Assembly (NCBI GenBank): GCA_907165135.1
Contig: OU015569.1
Location: 8,928,001-8,992,000 of the forward strand
From: Oikopleura dioica
Taxonomy: Eukaryota; Animalia; Chordata
Length of the DNA: 64,000 bases
Direction of reading: 5' to 3'
Shown: positions 48,186 through 58,924 of the stretch, in pieces
How positions within the stretch are numbered: the stretch's first letter is position 1
How the letters are laid out: every line of letters begins with the position of its first letter
Position numbers and translations under genes: made by a program
The notes under the pieces: model-generated
The model's database searches: none
What the model was told of the DNA's origin: nothing
Seen by the model: the letters and a program-made list of their open reading frames with translations, nothing else

Positions 48186-51018
48186 ATGACTGTAAAAGAA
48201 GAAGCAACGAAGAATGTAGCACAGCCCCAAGAAGAAAATTACTTGGAAATAGAAACAACGAAGGAAACCTCAAAATCGGGCTTGGGTCCATGCGACATTT
48301 TCTTCTCTATATTATGTCGCGGCAGAATTTTTTCTAAATCACTTAATTCTTAGCGGCACAGGTGGCCAAACTATGTAGTCACTTATTTATGACAGGTATT
48401 TAATGACAATGTTCCACTCGGGGCGCGTCCTTCCGACAATTAATTGATTTGTTTAGACCTAAAGAACTAAAAATAAATCGCCAAATTAATCCCAAAAGTA
48501 CTATTATTTCTGATCCCACTAAGACACATCCGGCAGTGCCGGAGAAACCGCTGAATCTTGAGAAATCAACTAGCACTGAAAAAGAAACCCAATTGCCGAA
48601 AAATATCCATGCTAAGAAGGTGAGTATTTCGGGAAAAATGTTCACTGAAATTTTGTTTAAAAATGATGTTTTTTGATTATAGTACAAAGCTGCCCCTCCA
48701 CCAAGACCGAATGAGCCTCCACCAGTTCCAGCTGCTCAAAGAAGATCTTTTATAACGACTAAAACTACTGCCACTCAGATCGAAGAAGAACCCCTTCTAT
48801 GGAGGTAATATAATGATTTGAAGCATGATGCCTCAGGCATCTAACAGTAATTTTAAGACTTTTAATTTCCCTTCGCCGAAAATGGAATCGATTGACCTCA
48901 ACTTGAAAAGACCACAAAATCGAGCTGGCGAAGACGAGCTCATACAGTTAGAAACCGAAGTGCGTAAGAAAATAGGGAAAATTTACGAAAAGATTACTGG
49001 ATTTGTACAACAAGGAGCTCTCACTCCAAATACAGTGAGACAAAGTTTTCCTAATTACGAAAAAGGGCATGGTTTAGAAAAATATAGATAGTCGATAAAA
49101 CGAGTGAAATCACGAACGTAAGAAAATAGTAGACTTCCTTTTTAAAACCGAAGATGTGCACGGAGGTAATCCTTCAGGATCCGCGAGGACAACGCATTGC
49201 TGGCGGTTTAGTTACGTTTACTCAACCATCTTTATCAGTGGTGAACAATAACACGCAAGAGGTTTTGTCACGACAAGTCACACCTGAAGCAGGAGCTTTC
49301 GATTTTACTTGTGACAACATTCTGTCGCAGCAAGGTAACGATTTGAACAGTAGTGGTGAAAACAGATTCACTTAGAAATTATGGAATACGCGAGCCTGAT
49401 TATATCACCGTTATAATCACCGCAAAATTGGAATATTTTACGATAAACCTAAAAGGGCCGTTTTAATTCATCGAAGTTATGTAAATTAAGGTCGCGAATC
49501 CCGGACAATGAGTTATTATTCTATAAAGGAAGTGGTTGTTATTCCTTGATCAAGAACATTTAAGGCTATAACCTCTCTTTTGGCCTCTCTGGAAAACGGA
49601 CTTCCCTTGGTCGATTTCAAAAATTTTAAGGGCAAACATACTTGTTTTCTCCTAAAAAATTCAAAAATGTCATCAAGAAATAGTTTTCTCAGGTAATTTT
49701 TTGCTCTAGAATCATTCAAAAATCGCCATTCGGTTTTCCGAGAAAACTGGAAGTTCTGAGGTAGAATTTATCCGATAATAATATTAAACAGAGCAAATTC
49801 TATGATTCTCACGGAAAAAATTACAAGAAATCGTCCAAATAATGATTATAGTTCTCTCTTCTTTTAAAACTCTTTTGTTTATAGACTGACGCTTGAGATC
49901 CGCGCAGCCAATCAGAGCGCGATGAATCGATTGACTCACACGCTCGCCAACAGCGCTCTCTTTTTGGCCTGGAGGATAGCACTCCGCGCAGCGCGTCCAC
50001 GCGCATTTTTATCCTCAGGTGCCAGCACTAACATGGCGCTAGAATGAAAATTTGAACAGATATCGAAGATTTTTTCCGTGGGGATTGTAGAGAAGGCTTT
50101 AATCTATCAATTTATCTAAAAAAATCTACCTCTGTAATGGTAAAATTCTTCGGAAAACCGAATGGCGTTTTCTAAATGATTGTAAAGTCGTAATTTCGAG
50201 AGAAAAAAAAATTTTTGACCGTATTTCTGAAATCAACGATAGATTTTGAGTATATAAGTCCTTTTAATTTTTGAAATCGTCCAAGGGAAGTCCGTTTTCC
50301 AGAGAGGCCAAAAAGGAGGTTATAGCCTTAAGTTTACAATTCGGATCACTTAGAAAGGATGTTATCCCAGAAACAATTCCTGAAGAGACCTCACTAGAAG
50401 CGGTAAAATCTGAGATTCGACCACCATCATACGGTAACTTGATTCTTTTTAGACAAACACTTTACTAACTGAATTTTAAGATCAAGTTCAAATGATTTCA
50501 GAAAAGGGTTCATTCACATTTATGCCTCTTTTGATTATGAGACACGATATTTCGAGGGTAAGATGTTACGTCCAAAAGAGTGGAACCTAACCGCACAGGC
50601 CACAATAATTTTGTTCTGAACAAAATATTTTAAGGCGGAATTTCTGGAGCTTTTTGACCTCCGTATTAACACACTTGATGAGTATGTTTGAACCCTCTCT
50701 TTTGACGCTAACGAACTTCAACTGAAGCTGTTGGAGCAACAAAAAAAGGAAGTTTGCGATCCTCAAGTTGGAGACACCCCACCGCGTCCCAAACAAGAAC
50801 CAGTGGCAACTGATGAGTTTCCGAAACAGGTCGCCAATGACCACAAATTAAGTGAGAACATGCAATCGAAAATGAGGATCTACGAAGAGAGTGCGAAAAA
50901 TGATGATTATGACAGGGACGATGATGTGTGTTCTGAAAGCTCAAAGAGCACGCTTACCTCATCGAGCAGCTCCTCAATCTTGACATCGGGACGAGTTGAA
51001 AATAAAAGACTATTTTAA
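48186..51018 (+). CDS. Uncharacterised Pro-rich multi-exon protein interrupted by a TIR element
   Basis: GT-AG introns 49335-49375, 49410-49455 and 49481-49532 give ...SQQEIMEYASLIISPAVLIHRSYWLLFLDQEHL, continuing as SLQFGSLRKDVIPE after the element; full model not closed. Confidence 0.55.
49564..50327. mobile_element. 764-bp foldback element with TTAA TSD (Kolobok-like RR...YY ends), exonic
   Basis: TTAA at 49560-49563 and 50328-50331; about 60-bp near-perfect TIR GGCTATAACCTC...CCCTTGG(T/A)CGATTTCAAAAATT plus diverged inner arms. Confidence 0.88.
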
Positions 51019-51474
51019 TAGACACAAACTCTATTGATAATACTCGAAGTCACGTTTGATTAATTCATTTTCCGCGTGTGTTATTAGCGATAACCTAGCG
51101 TAATTAAGAAAACGCGACTTTTATTTTGACACTACTAAGTAAGTCTGGATCCCGCGGCTTTCATCGTAAACATTAATTATTTCCTTTTGTGCTAATGATA
51201 GCTTCTTGTCCACGTCAGTCTTGAAACTCGACAAAAGTATTCCGAAACAACACAAACTTTCTCAAAGTCGACGAACATTTCAAAGGGAACTACTCACGAC
51301 CCTTCTCACACAGAATTTGTTAAAAAACTTTTCGACTAGAATAAGGCGTTACTGCGGCTGCTGTAAATAAACCAATGCAAAAATATGACAAAATTGAAAC
51401 TTGAATAGATATCTTGTGTCTATTATTGGAATGTGAGTGAGTAGTGGCAATGGTGAAAGATTATTCAGTTAGAG

Positions 51475-53434
51475 TTATATCAGATGAAAACAGCCGTCTG
51501 CTAACCGAGAGATTCTTCCAAGTACTTGTAATGCTGGCTGTGCTTTGGACTCTACACGGGTTAGCGCGTCAAGCTTGAATGTATGTGCTTTGTTTCCATT
51601 CGAGGTTTTGTAGAGAGAGTACAAAGCTTCGTTTGCCTTCGCTACGTCTAGGCCGAATCGACGGTAGCTTGGAAGCTTCAGAAATTCTTCTTCTGTGATT
51701 TTCTTAAGCCTTATAAACTTGTAACTTTCTAACAGCTAAATTCGTTAATACCCGTGATCTCTTTGCATGATTTCGAAAGGTGAAGATAGGCCTTTAATTT
51801 TGATGGTTAGCTGAGGTTCTTGCAGAGGATTTCCTGTCTCGTCGTCTTAGAGAAGGATAATGCTTGTTATTTGCTCCTAAACTTACCAATCGTAATGTTT
51901 CGCAGATTGAATGAGCAGTTCTTGTCGGGCGTGTTACCTACAAACTCGTCGGAGAAAACTCGGCTTGTTTTTACAGGGGTTAAAAAGTCAAGATCAGCTC
52001 TCGTTTGGTTTGCGTGCGGAATAATGTTTTCCTTTTCATGAACTTTTATCGGCGTGAACGATAAGGAAGGAGTGATGTCGATCTTATCAATTTTCTTCTT
52101 GAAAGTGTCCATCGGATTAATTGTATTTTCGTCAATTCCGAAATCTGCCGGTGTGAGCTCAACGGCAATAGGATTTCTTCTTAGTCCAGGAGTTGGGATT
52201 TCAGACAGTTCTTTCTTATCAAGTGCCTTTCCGAAATCAATTAGCGGATCTTCTTGAGCTCTTGATTTCACAACAGTTCCACAGACGATGTTTGGCTCAC
52301 GAACTTGACTCTTCAGTGGTGTTAGATTCCAGGACGGCGGACGCATATCAGCCGTAATGCCGAAGTCTGATTCTGATAGGCGGTCTTTTTCCTTTTTGGC
52401 CCCTTCTAAATTTCCTTCCTTGCTTTTTTTGAGTTTAAAATTGCATCGGCCATGTATGCTACACTAAAGTACCCAAAGTATAACACTCAATATAAGAATG
52501 AGGTCAAACTCAACACTATTGTGGTCATGCTTCGATTGCATAGAAGGCGGTTTCATATCTGCTGTTATTCCGAAGTCAGACGCTGTAAGCCGCTTCTTTC
52601 GCTCATCGCCTTTACTCAATTTGGGATCGCTTGGAATAGACCGTTTATCGAGATTTGGACGGATCGTATTTTCTGTTATTCCAAAATCAGCCTCCGTCAA
52701 TGATTTTTGTAGTGCACAAGTTGTCTTTTACGGAGATACTTTTTATGGAACTAATTAAACAAATAGAGTTCTTCCGCTCTCTGTCCTTCATAGTGTCGTA
52801 TTCTTGGAGCATTTTCTTCGCAAGAGGAGGAGTTGGCTGTGCAACTTCTTCTTTCGTCAAGCCGAATTCTGACGGTGATGGCATATTCTCACTGGCTATG
52901 AGGTCGATTTTGTCAGTACGAGATCTAGATGCCAGAAGATTCTTCGGTGCTGGCGAATCGTAATCTTATATTGTCTTGAGAAAAATTTATTATGAGCTTA
53001 TTTATACCGTCCATTTTTTTCGCGATTTGCGCTATTGTCGGGCGCTTCAACTTTCCGTCGCTGGCAGCTATAACGGACTCCATAGTTTCCTCCAATCTAC
53101 TCAAAAGATCATCATGGCCAGCCAAGAGGCGGTCGCCTTCTTCTACTGTCTCTCCAAACTTCTGATGGCGGTAACGTCCTTCGACGACATCTCCCAAGTA
53201 CTCCCCAAACTTGAGCTCGTGTTTTCTTTAGGATAATTTATAAGTTATCAGATGTAAATACATCAAAACTCACGATGGTGTGGTTTTCATTTTTTGGCGT
53301 CGCCATTCACTTAAGTTTCTGACCATCTCATCTGACTCTATGTGCACTACATTGTCTCCGTAATCGTAAACAAATGATTCTGAGAAGCTAGAATGCTCAG
53401 GGTTCACTATTGAACGTAACTTTCGAGATGCCAT
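51475..53434 (-). CDS. SKA3: SKA3-like kinetochore subunit with Ska1-type C-terminal domain
   Basis: N-terminal coiled coil; PSPSEFGL, TPADFGIDENT and IPTPGL resemble SKA3 motifs; C-term LKKITEEEFLKLPSY...ANEAL resembles the Ska1 winged helix. Confidence 0.6.
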
Positions 53435-54032
53435 TTATTCCGTCTAAATTATTAAATTGACTCTTGAGAGCAAGTAAGTACACGTTGATGCAGGATCACT
53501 GTACAGTTAATCGTGTTTCTCTGTCTCTTGCTTCAATAAAAACACAAACGGGTGTTTTTCTTCGGCGCGTGTTATTCCCCACTTTTACCCCTGGTAGAGT
53601 GAAGACATTAACGTAAAAGTTGCAAGGAATGGGGCAGATGCGAGATCCTTATCAGATCATATAACCGACTTCAACTCGACGCCTCTATTTTTTTATTATG
53701 CGTTGAAACTTTTTTTAGAGTTTTCGTTTTCTAATCACCCTGACCCATACGTCGACAACTTGCCTCTACTTGACCTCTACTCGTTGATTAGAACTAGAAA
53801 TATGCATCCATCGACCTCGTCAAACATTTAAAAAATAAAAGATTGACTTGGGAATAACTTTTGTAACCACTAGTTTATTTAGTAGCTTTAGAAAGAAGTT
53901 TCAAGTGAAGAAATAGTAGTTGCTTGAAGAAATAATTATGAAGGTAGGTAAAGGCGGATAGGTACAGTTATGAAAGAGAATCAGTCATGCTGGCATGGTT
54001 CGCATTTTCTATTGACTTTTTACATAATTGGT

Positions 54033-56193
54033 TTACTGTATATTGCATGATTTTTCGTCCTGAGGGCCTTGATTAGCTTTAGTGCGCATTTGTTCTGCTA
54101 GATCGCGTCTGTCAATATAGCAAAGAGCTTCGAAAATTCCTTTGATTGGGTTTTGCTTGGACAAAAGACATCCGTGGAGCCAAATAAGAAGCATTCGATG
54201 TGCATGCTCCCGGTACGATTTTTCTCCGATCCACTGTTCTTCGATGGAACGAATCTGTGTGTCCGAAAACTTCCAGTAAGTCCCGAGCAGTTTCCATTCA
54301 TTCCGGCGCAGATACTAGAAATTATTCAAATTGCATCTTTTCCACAGTGACTACTACCTTAGTACTCAGCTTGAAGAGCAAGTTTCGAATGAACTGGGTG
54401 TCAATTGAGGAGTCAGGCTTGAAATTTATTTTGGCGAGGACTTCCTTGCTGAGCTCGTTCTTGAACTAGTTTCTGGATTTTAAAAACTGCGTGCTTCAAA
54501 AATATATAAAATTGTTGGTGAATAATTATAACGTAAACAAGAAGAAGGCACGTACGTATGAAAATCCATCACAAAAGGTGGCACCTTTCAGCTTTTATAA
54601 TCATATCAACGATGGTAACATAATTGCCCCTGGCGGCCACCATAAGTGGCGTTTTCCCTTTGCCATCTCGCACTTTCGGTGGGTTATGAAAATGCATAAT
54701 TCAAATGCTAAGCATCTAAAAAAGTAAAATCGTCGACCCAATCCTTTAATGTCTGCACCGTGCTTTAAAAGAACTTCGGCGAGCTCTGTTGAGCCATTCT
54801 CGGCAGCCAAATGGAGAGCCGCCTCGGAGCGATTATCGCGGATATTAGGATTTATCCCGAACTTGAGCAAAGCCTCGGCGCCCTTAAATCATATTAAATT
54901 ATAGAATCTTTTTGAAAAAGAACGAAAGCATGGCGTGTTTTTGGCAGGCGAAGAACTTCCATTTTTCGCCGTCTATATTAAATTAGGACTAGACGGGTTC
55001 TTTGGCTAAATTAGAGACATTGTTTACCTCTAGTTGCGAATGAATGGTCGCTAAATGTAGCGCCGACTGTTTAAGCTCGGTGACAGCGTTAATAGAGGCG
55101 CCCTTTTGCACCAAACGACTGATGATTTCTCGATTGCCGATTTGACTGGCGTGATGAAGAGGACGCGTGCCAACTCGCAACACTTCGCGCTCGTCCATCG
55201 AGCTTGAAGCGACAGTGCTCGGTGTCTCCGCGCAACTGCCCGGGCCAGAGCAACAGTTTTCCATTGACAAAAGCTCTCCATCGGCATACGCATTCGCATC
55301 GAGCAGGATCATCACAATGTCGCTATAACCTCCAAGACATGCCAGATGCAGAGGTGTTTCGTTATTCTTGTTCAGCTAAATCAAAAATGTATCATTCTAT
55401 GTTGCCTTTCATGATTACCGAGTTCGGATCCGCGCCGAAGTCAACTAGGCACTGTACGCATTTGACATGACCATGCTTCGCGGCTAAATGCAAGGGAACT
55501 TCTCCGTTTTTATCGTCGAAGTGTGGATCTGATTTTAAATCAAGCAGGCCCTCAACGGACTCCAGATTGCCCCCTCGAGCAGCTACGTGAAGTGCTGTTC
55601 GTTGATGCCCGTCCACGGTATCCAAATTAAAGTCCTGGAGTTCCTGTCGGCAAATATCAATAATGTTCACGTGGTTATTGGTTGCTGCACAATGAAGAAA
55701 TGAAAGGCCGTTTTTGTTTTTTGATTCAGTGGCTGCTCCAGACTTAACTAAAAAGCAGAACGCTTCGTAGTGGCCGAACCAAGCTGCCCAAAGAATAGCG
55801 TTCATGCCAAATATGTCCTACGAAAGCAATTAATCACTTTCAAAGCGGCGAAAGGACAAACCTTCGCATCGACAGAAGCCCCAAATTGAATCAGTACTTT
55901 GAGTGCGTCGACATTATTATTCCCCGCAGCCCAATGAAGAGCAGTTCGATCGACAGCGTTGCGTGAGTTGACATCCACCGGTGGAAAGCCTAGCTGGCCG
56001 GATACCAAAAGACTTATTTCGTCGATTGAGTCAGCTAAAAGAAAATTCCAACGTTTGTCATGAATTGGTGCGATTTACCTGTGCAGCATTTGGCCGCGGC
56101 GTGAAGCCTCTGCTCTTCGGGAGTGAGGATGTCATCTGAGTTGTCGGACTCAAAGTTAGCTCCGCGCGAATAGCTCGCTTCCGTCGATGACAT
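54033..56193 (-). CDS. ANKDD1A: Ankyrin repeat and death domain protein 1
   Basis: RTALHWAAG, FGMNAILWAAWFGH, DMIIKAE; death domain YLRRNEWKLL...EEQWIGEKSYREHAHRMLLIWLHG; ends CNIQ*. A versus B paralog cannot be resolved. Confidence 0.9.
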
Positions 56194-56378
56194 TAGTGGT
56201 TCTACATGAGTCTCATTGTCTCCGTTTCATTTCTGAAGTAAACAATCAGTCGTTTCGTAATTCGATTTGGGTTTATCTATGAAAATTGTTTTCAAGGGTA
56301 CAAAAATAACTCGAAGAATATAAAAAAGATGTTTTGTGAGGCGCCACGGGCAGAAGGCGTAGAGGGAAAGAGAACTGC

Positions 56379-57707
56379 TCAGAGGGTTTCGTTGACAGAC
56401 TGGTAGAGGCTTAGGAGCTGGTGCAATCCGTGTACTCTATTGGTGATTGGAATGTCGAAAATGCCGCAACTGAAGTCAATTAGCACGTCGATAGGGCCTT
56501 CCGGCAGTTTGAAATCTTTGAGCTGCTCTTGCAGGTGCACTGGCCACTCTTCCATTAATTTCTCGATATCCGGAACAGGCCCATTATACTAAATAGAAAT
56601 GAATATCTTTTTTTCTTATTGGTGCGATCTGGAATGAGGCCATTACACTTTATTTGGTTAATAGGCTAATCAATAAGGGATGGGCGCGGAGGAGTGTTCC
56701 AGAGGAGACTGAAGTGCCTTTTTCTCACCTGGACACTAGGAGCTGGTGCGCCTGAGTGAATCTCTCTGACGGATTGAACCCATTTCTGCAAACCAGCGCT
56801 ATCTAAAGGCCAATTAATGATTGTGAAAGTTGCATTAAATATCGACAGATCCGATTTAAATTGTCGCTATGCATAATTGATGAACCATTACCTGTCGCCT
56901 TTACTCGCCGCACCGACGTCTGGATCGCTGATCCTTTGTGCATCTGGTGAAGTTTCAGTTCAAGCGCCCCTGCGTCACTCTGATTAGGCGCAGGCTCATC
57001 CAGAACTAAGATTGAAGTTAGCCTAATATTGTGAAATCAAGGAAGAGAATCTTTCAGTAGCCTTCTCACCCATAAGTCCGATGCCGTCGGGATGTCCGTC
57101 AGGACGGGGAATTTTCAAGAAGGCGTCAATATCACCAATCGCCGGAATGAACTCAGGGACGAATGGCAAAAGCTTTGTTTCGAGCTCAATCTTCCTGGGC
57201 TGGAATTCCGTGATGCGCTCGAACATGTGCCTGATATCATCGCTACAAATGTATAAATAACAGCGTAGAAAGTAGTCCATTACTTGACATCCAGTTCTGC
57301 AAACTCCGCCTGGTCATATTTGAGCGAGTTCGAGTCTCCTTCTTCGTCCTCGACATCGCACTCCTCTGATGACGAGCTTGATCCTTCGTCCTCTGTCTAC
57401 GCAACTCATTAAAACTAGGCTTCGATAATCGCAATTCATTTTAAAAGTGAACAACTCGAATAACTCTGGAAAGAAATAAATCTATTAGGATTTGTGGCTA
57501 ATCAACGAAATCGAGCTGTATATCTTCTGAATATTTGCGCGATTAAGATTAAAGTTGCAGGAGAGATCGACTGTGGACTAGTACCTGATTGAGGCTCTGC
57601 TTTCCAACCGAAACTGGCTCATTCCGTGGCGAAGGCGTATACATATCCGCCACGCTGGGCTCGTCTTCTTCGACCATGTACATCTCGTCGTACGGCGACG
57701 AATCCAT
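56379..57707 (-). CDS. IFT46: Intraflagellar transport protein 46
   Basis: IELETKLLPFVPEFIPAIGDIDAFLKIPRPDG...GLMVLDEPAPNQSD; IDRWIQSV; MPDIEKLMEEWP. Confidence 0.95.
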
Positions 57708-58320
57708 ACTAGAAAGGATAAATGGTCAGCGAGGATCTTCTGCAAGCGCGCTTTCAATGTTATCAGCTGATTAATATGCAAACGCGCATTTGTGGCGTTT
57801 CTGACCACGATCGAAGGCGAGTAATTGGCGCATTCCTTCGCAAATCAGCGAAAGGTGAATAATTTCTTCCGTACAGTAATTCGTCTCAGGGAATGTTCTT
57901 CAGTCGCCAACCGGGGCGGAAAAGAAGTAATCGAGCCTTGAAAACTCTTCGATGAATGAAAGTTTCTCTCCGAGCTTTTTTGTGCGTCCACACACAGACA
58001 CGAACAAATCCCTATCCTACATTCAATTGGATACTAATTTGTTCGAACACTACTGAATAAAACGTTTTCTCTAAATTACGTCTTGAATATTTAGGGAAGG
58101 CGAACTAATAATCCTTTCAATTTTTAATTCACGTCACTGTTCCCTTACAGATATTTTTCTATGACGAATAATAATATTCTCTATAATTTTCTCAAAAATG
58201 GATAAGCCAGATATCAAACGACGAATGTATTGAGATGGTTGGAAAATTCAAATAACTTTTATTTTTAAATCTCCATATTTCAAAATGTCTTTTTCAGTTT
58301 TTCTCGTTTTTTTTTTCGGG

Positions 58321-58385
58321 GAAGCGTCGGAGAAGCGCGCAAATGTCGCGCTCCAGTCGATTGGCCGTGGGCGCCTGCGCCTTCT
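58321..58385. promoter_or_regulatory. GC-rich island with reverse CCAAT box; likely bidirectional promoter for IFT46 and the MFS gene
   Basis: CpG-rich patch in AT-rich DNA; ATTGG at 58360-58364; lies between divergent genes. Confidence 0.4.
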
Positions 58386-58924
58386 TTTATTCACTTCCAA
58401 AAATTACTTTACTTTCGCACTGTATCAAGACTGAAAACTCTTCTGCTCGGAAAGAAAGAGAAAGAATGTTTATAAACCAATGAGTTGATCATCTTATTGA
58501 AATAATTTGTGTTGAATAATTATCTCTCATTTTCTTTTGAAGCTCTTCCACTGATTTAATTCAGTAAATTCTTTTAAAAATTAATGATTAGCTTGTTAAT
58601 TATCAATTCTTTTGGAGGTATTATGCATTAACTACAAGGAGAAGATAGAAATCAAAATATTTTTTTAGAAAAGAACTGCCTTGGCGAGAATATATTTATT
58701 CTTAGATTTTCACTGAATAATTTAAAAAAAAAACGTTGATTTATTTTTTCTATTTAGCTGTTTTAATTCAAAACTTTTGAAATAAATGAAGCTGGAAGAA
58801 TCTGTGTCAGTACCTCTTCCTCACGGATGAGTAGCTTTTAATATCTATATAAAGTGTCACTATTTAAAGGCACGCTCAAATTTAGATGTAGCGCAAAATT
58901 GAGAAGAATCGTTTTTTGTTGCTG

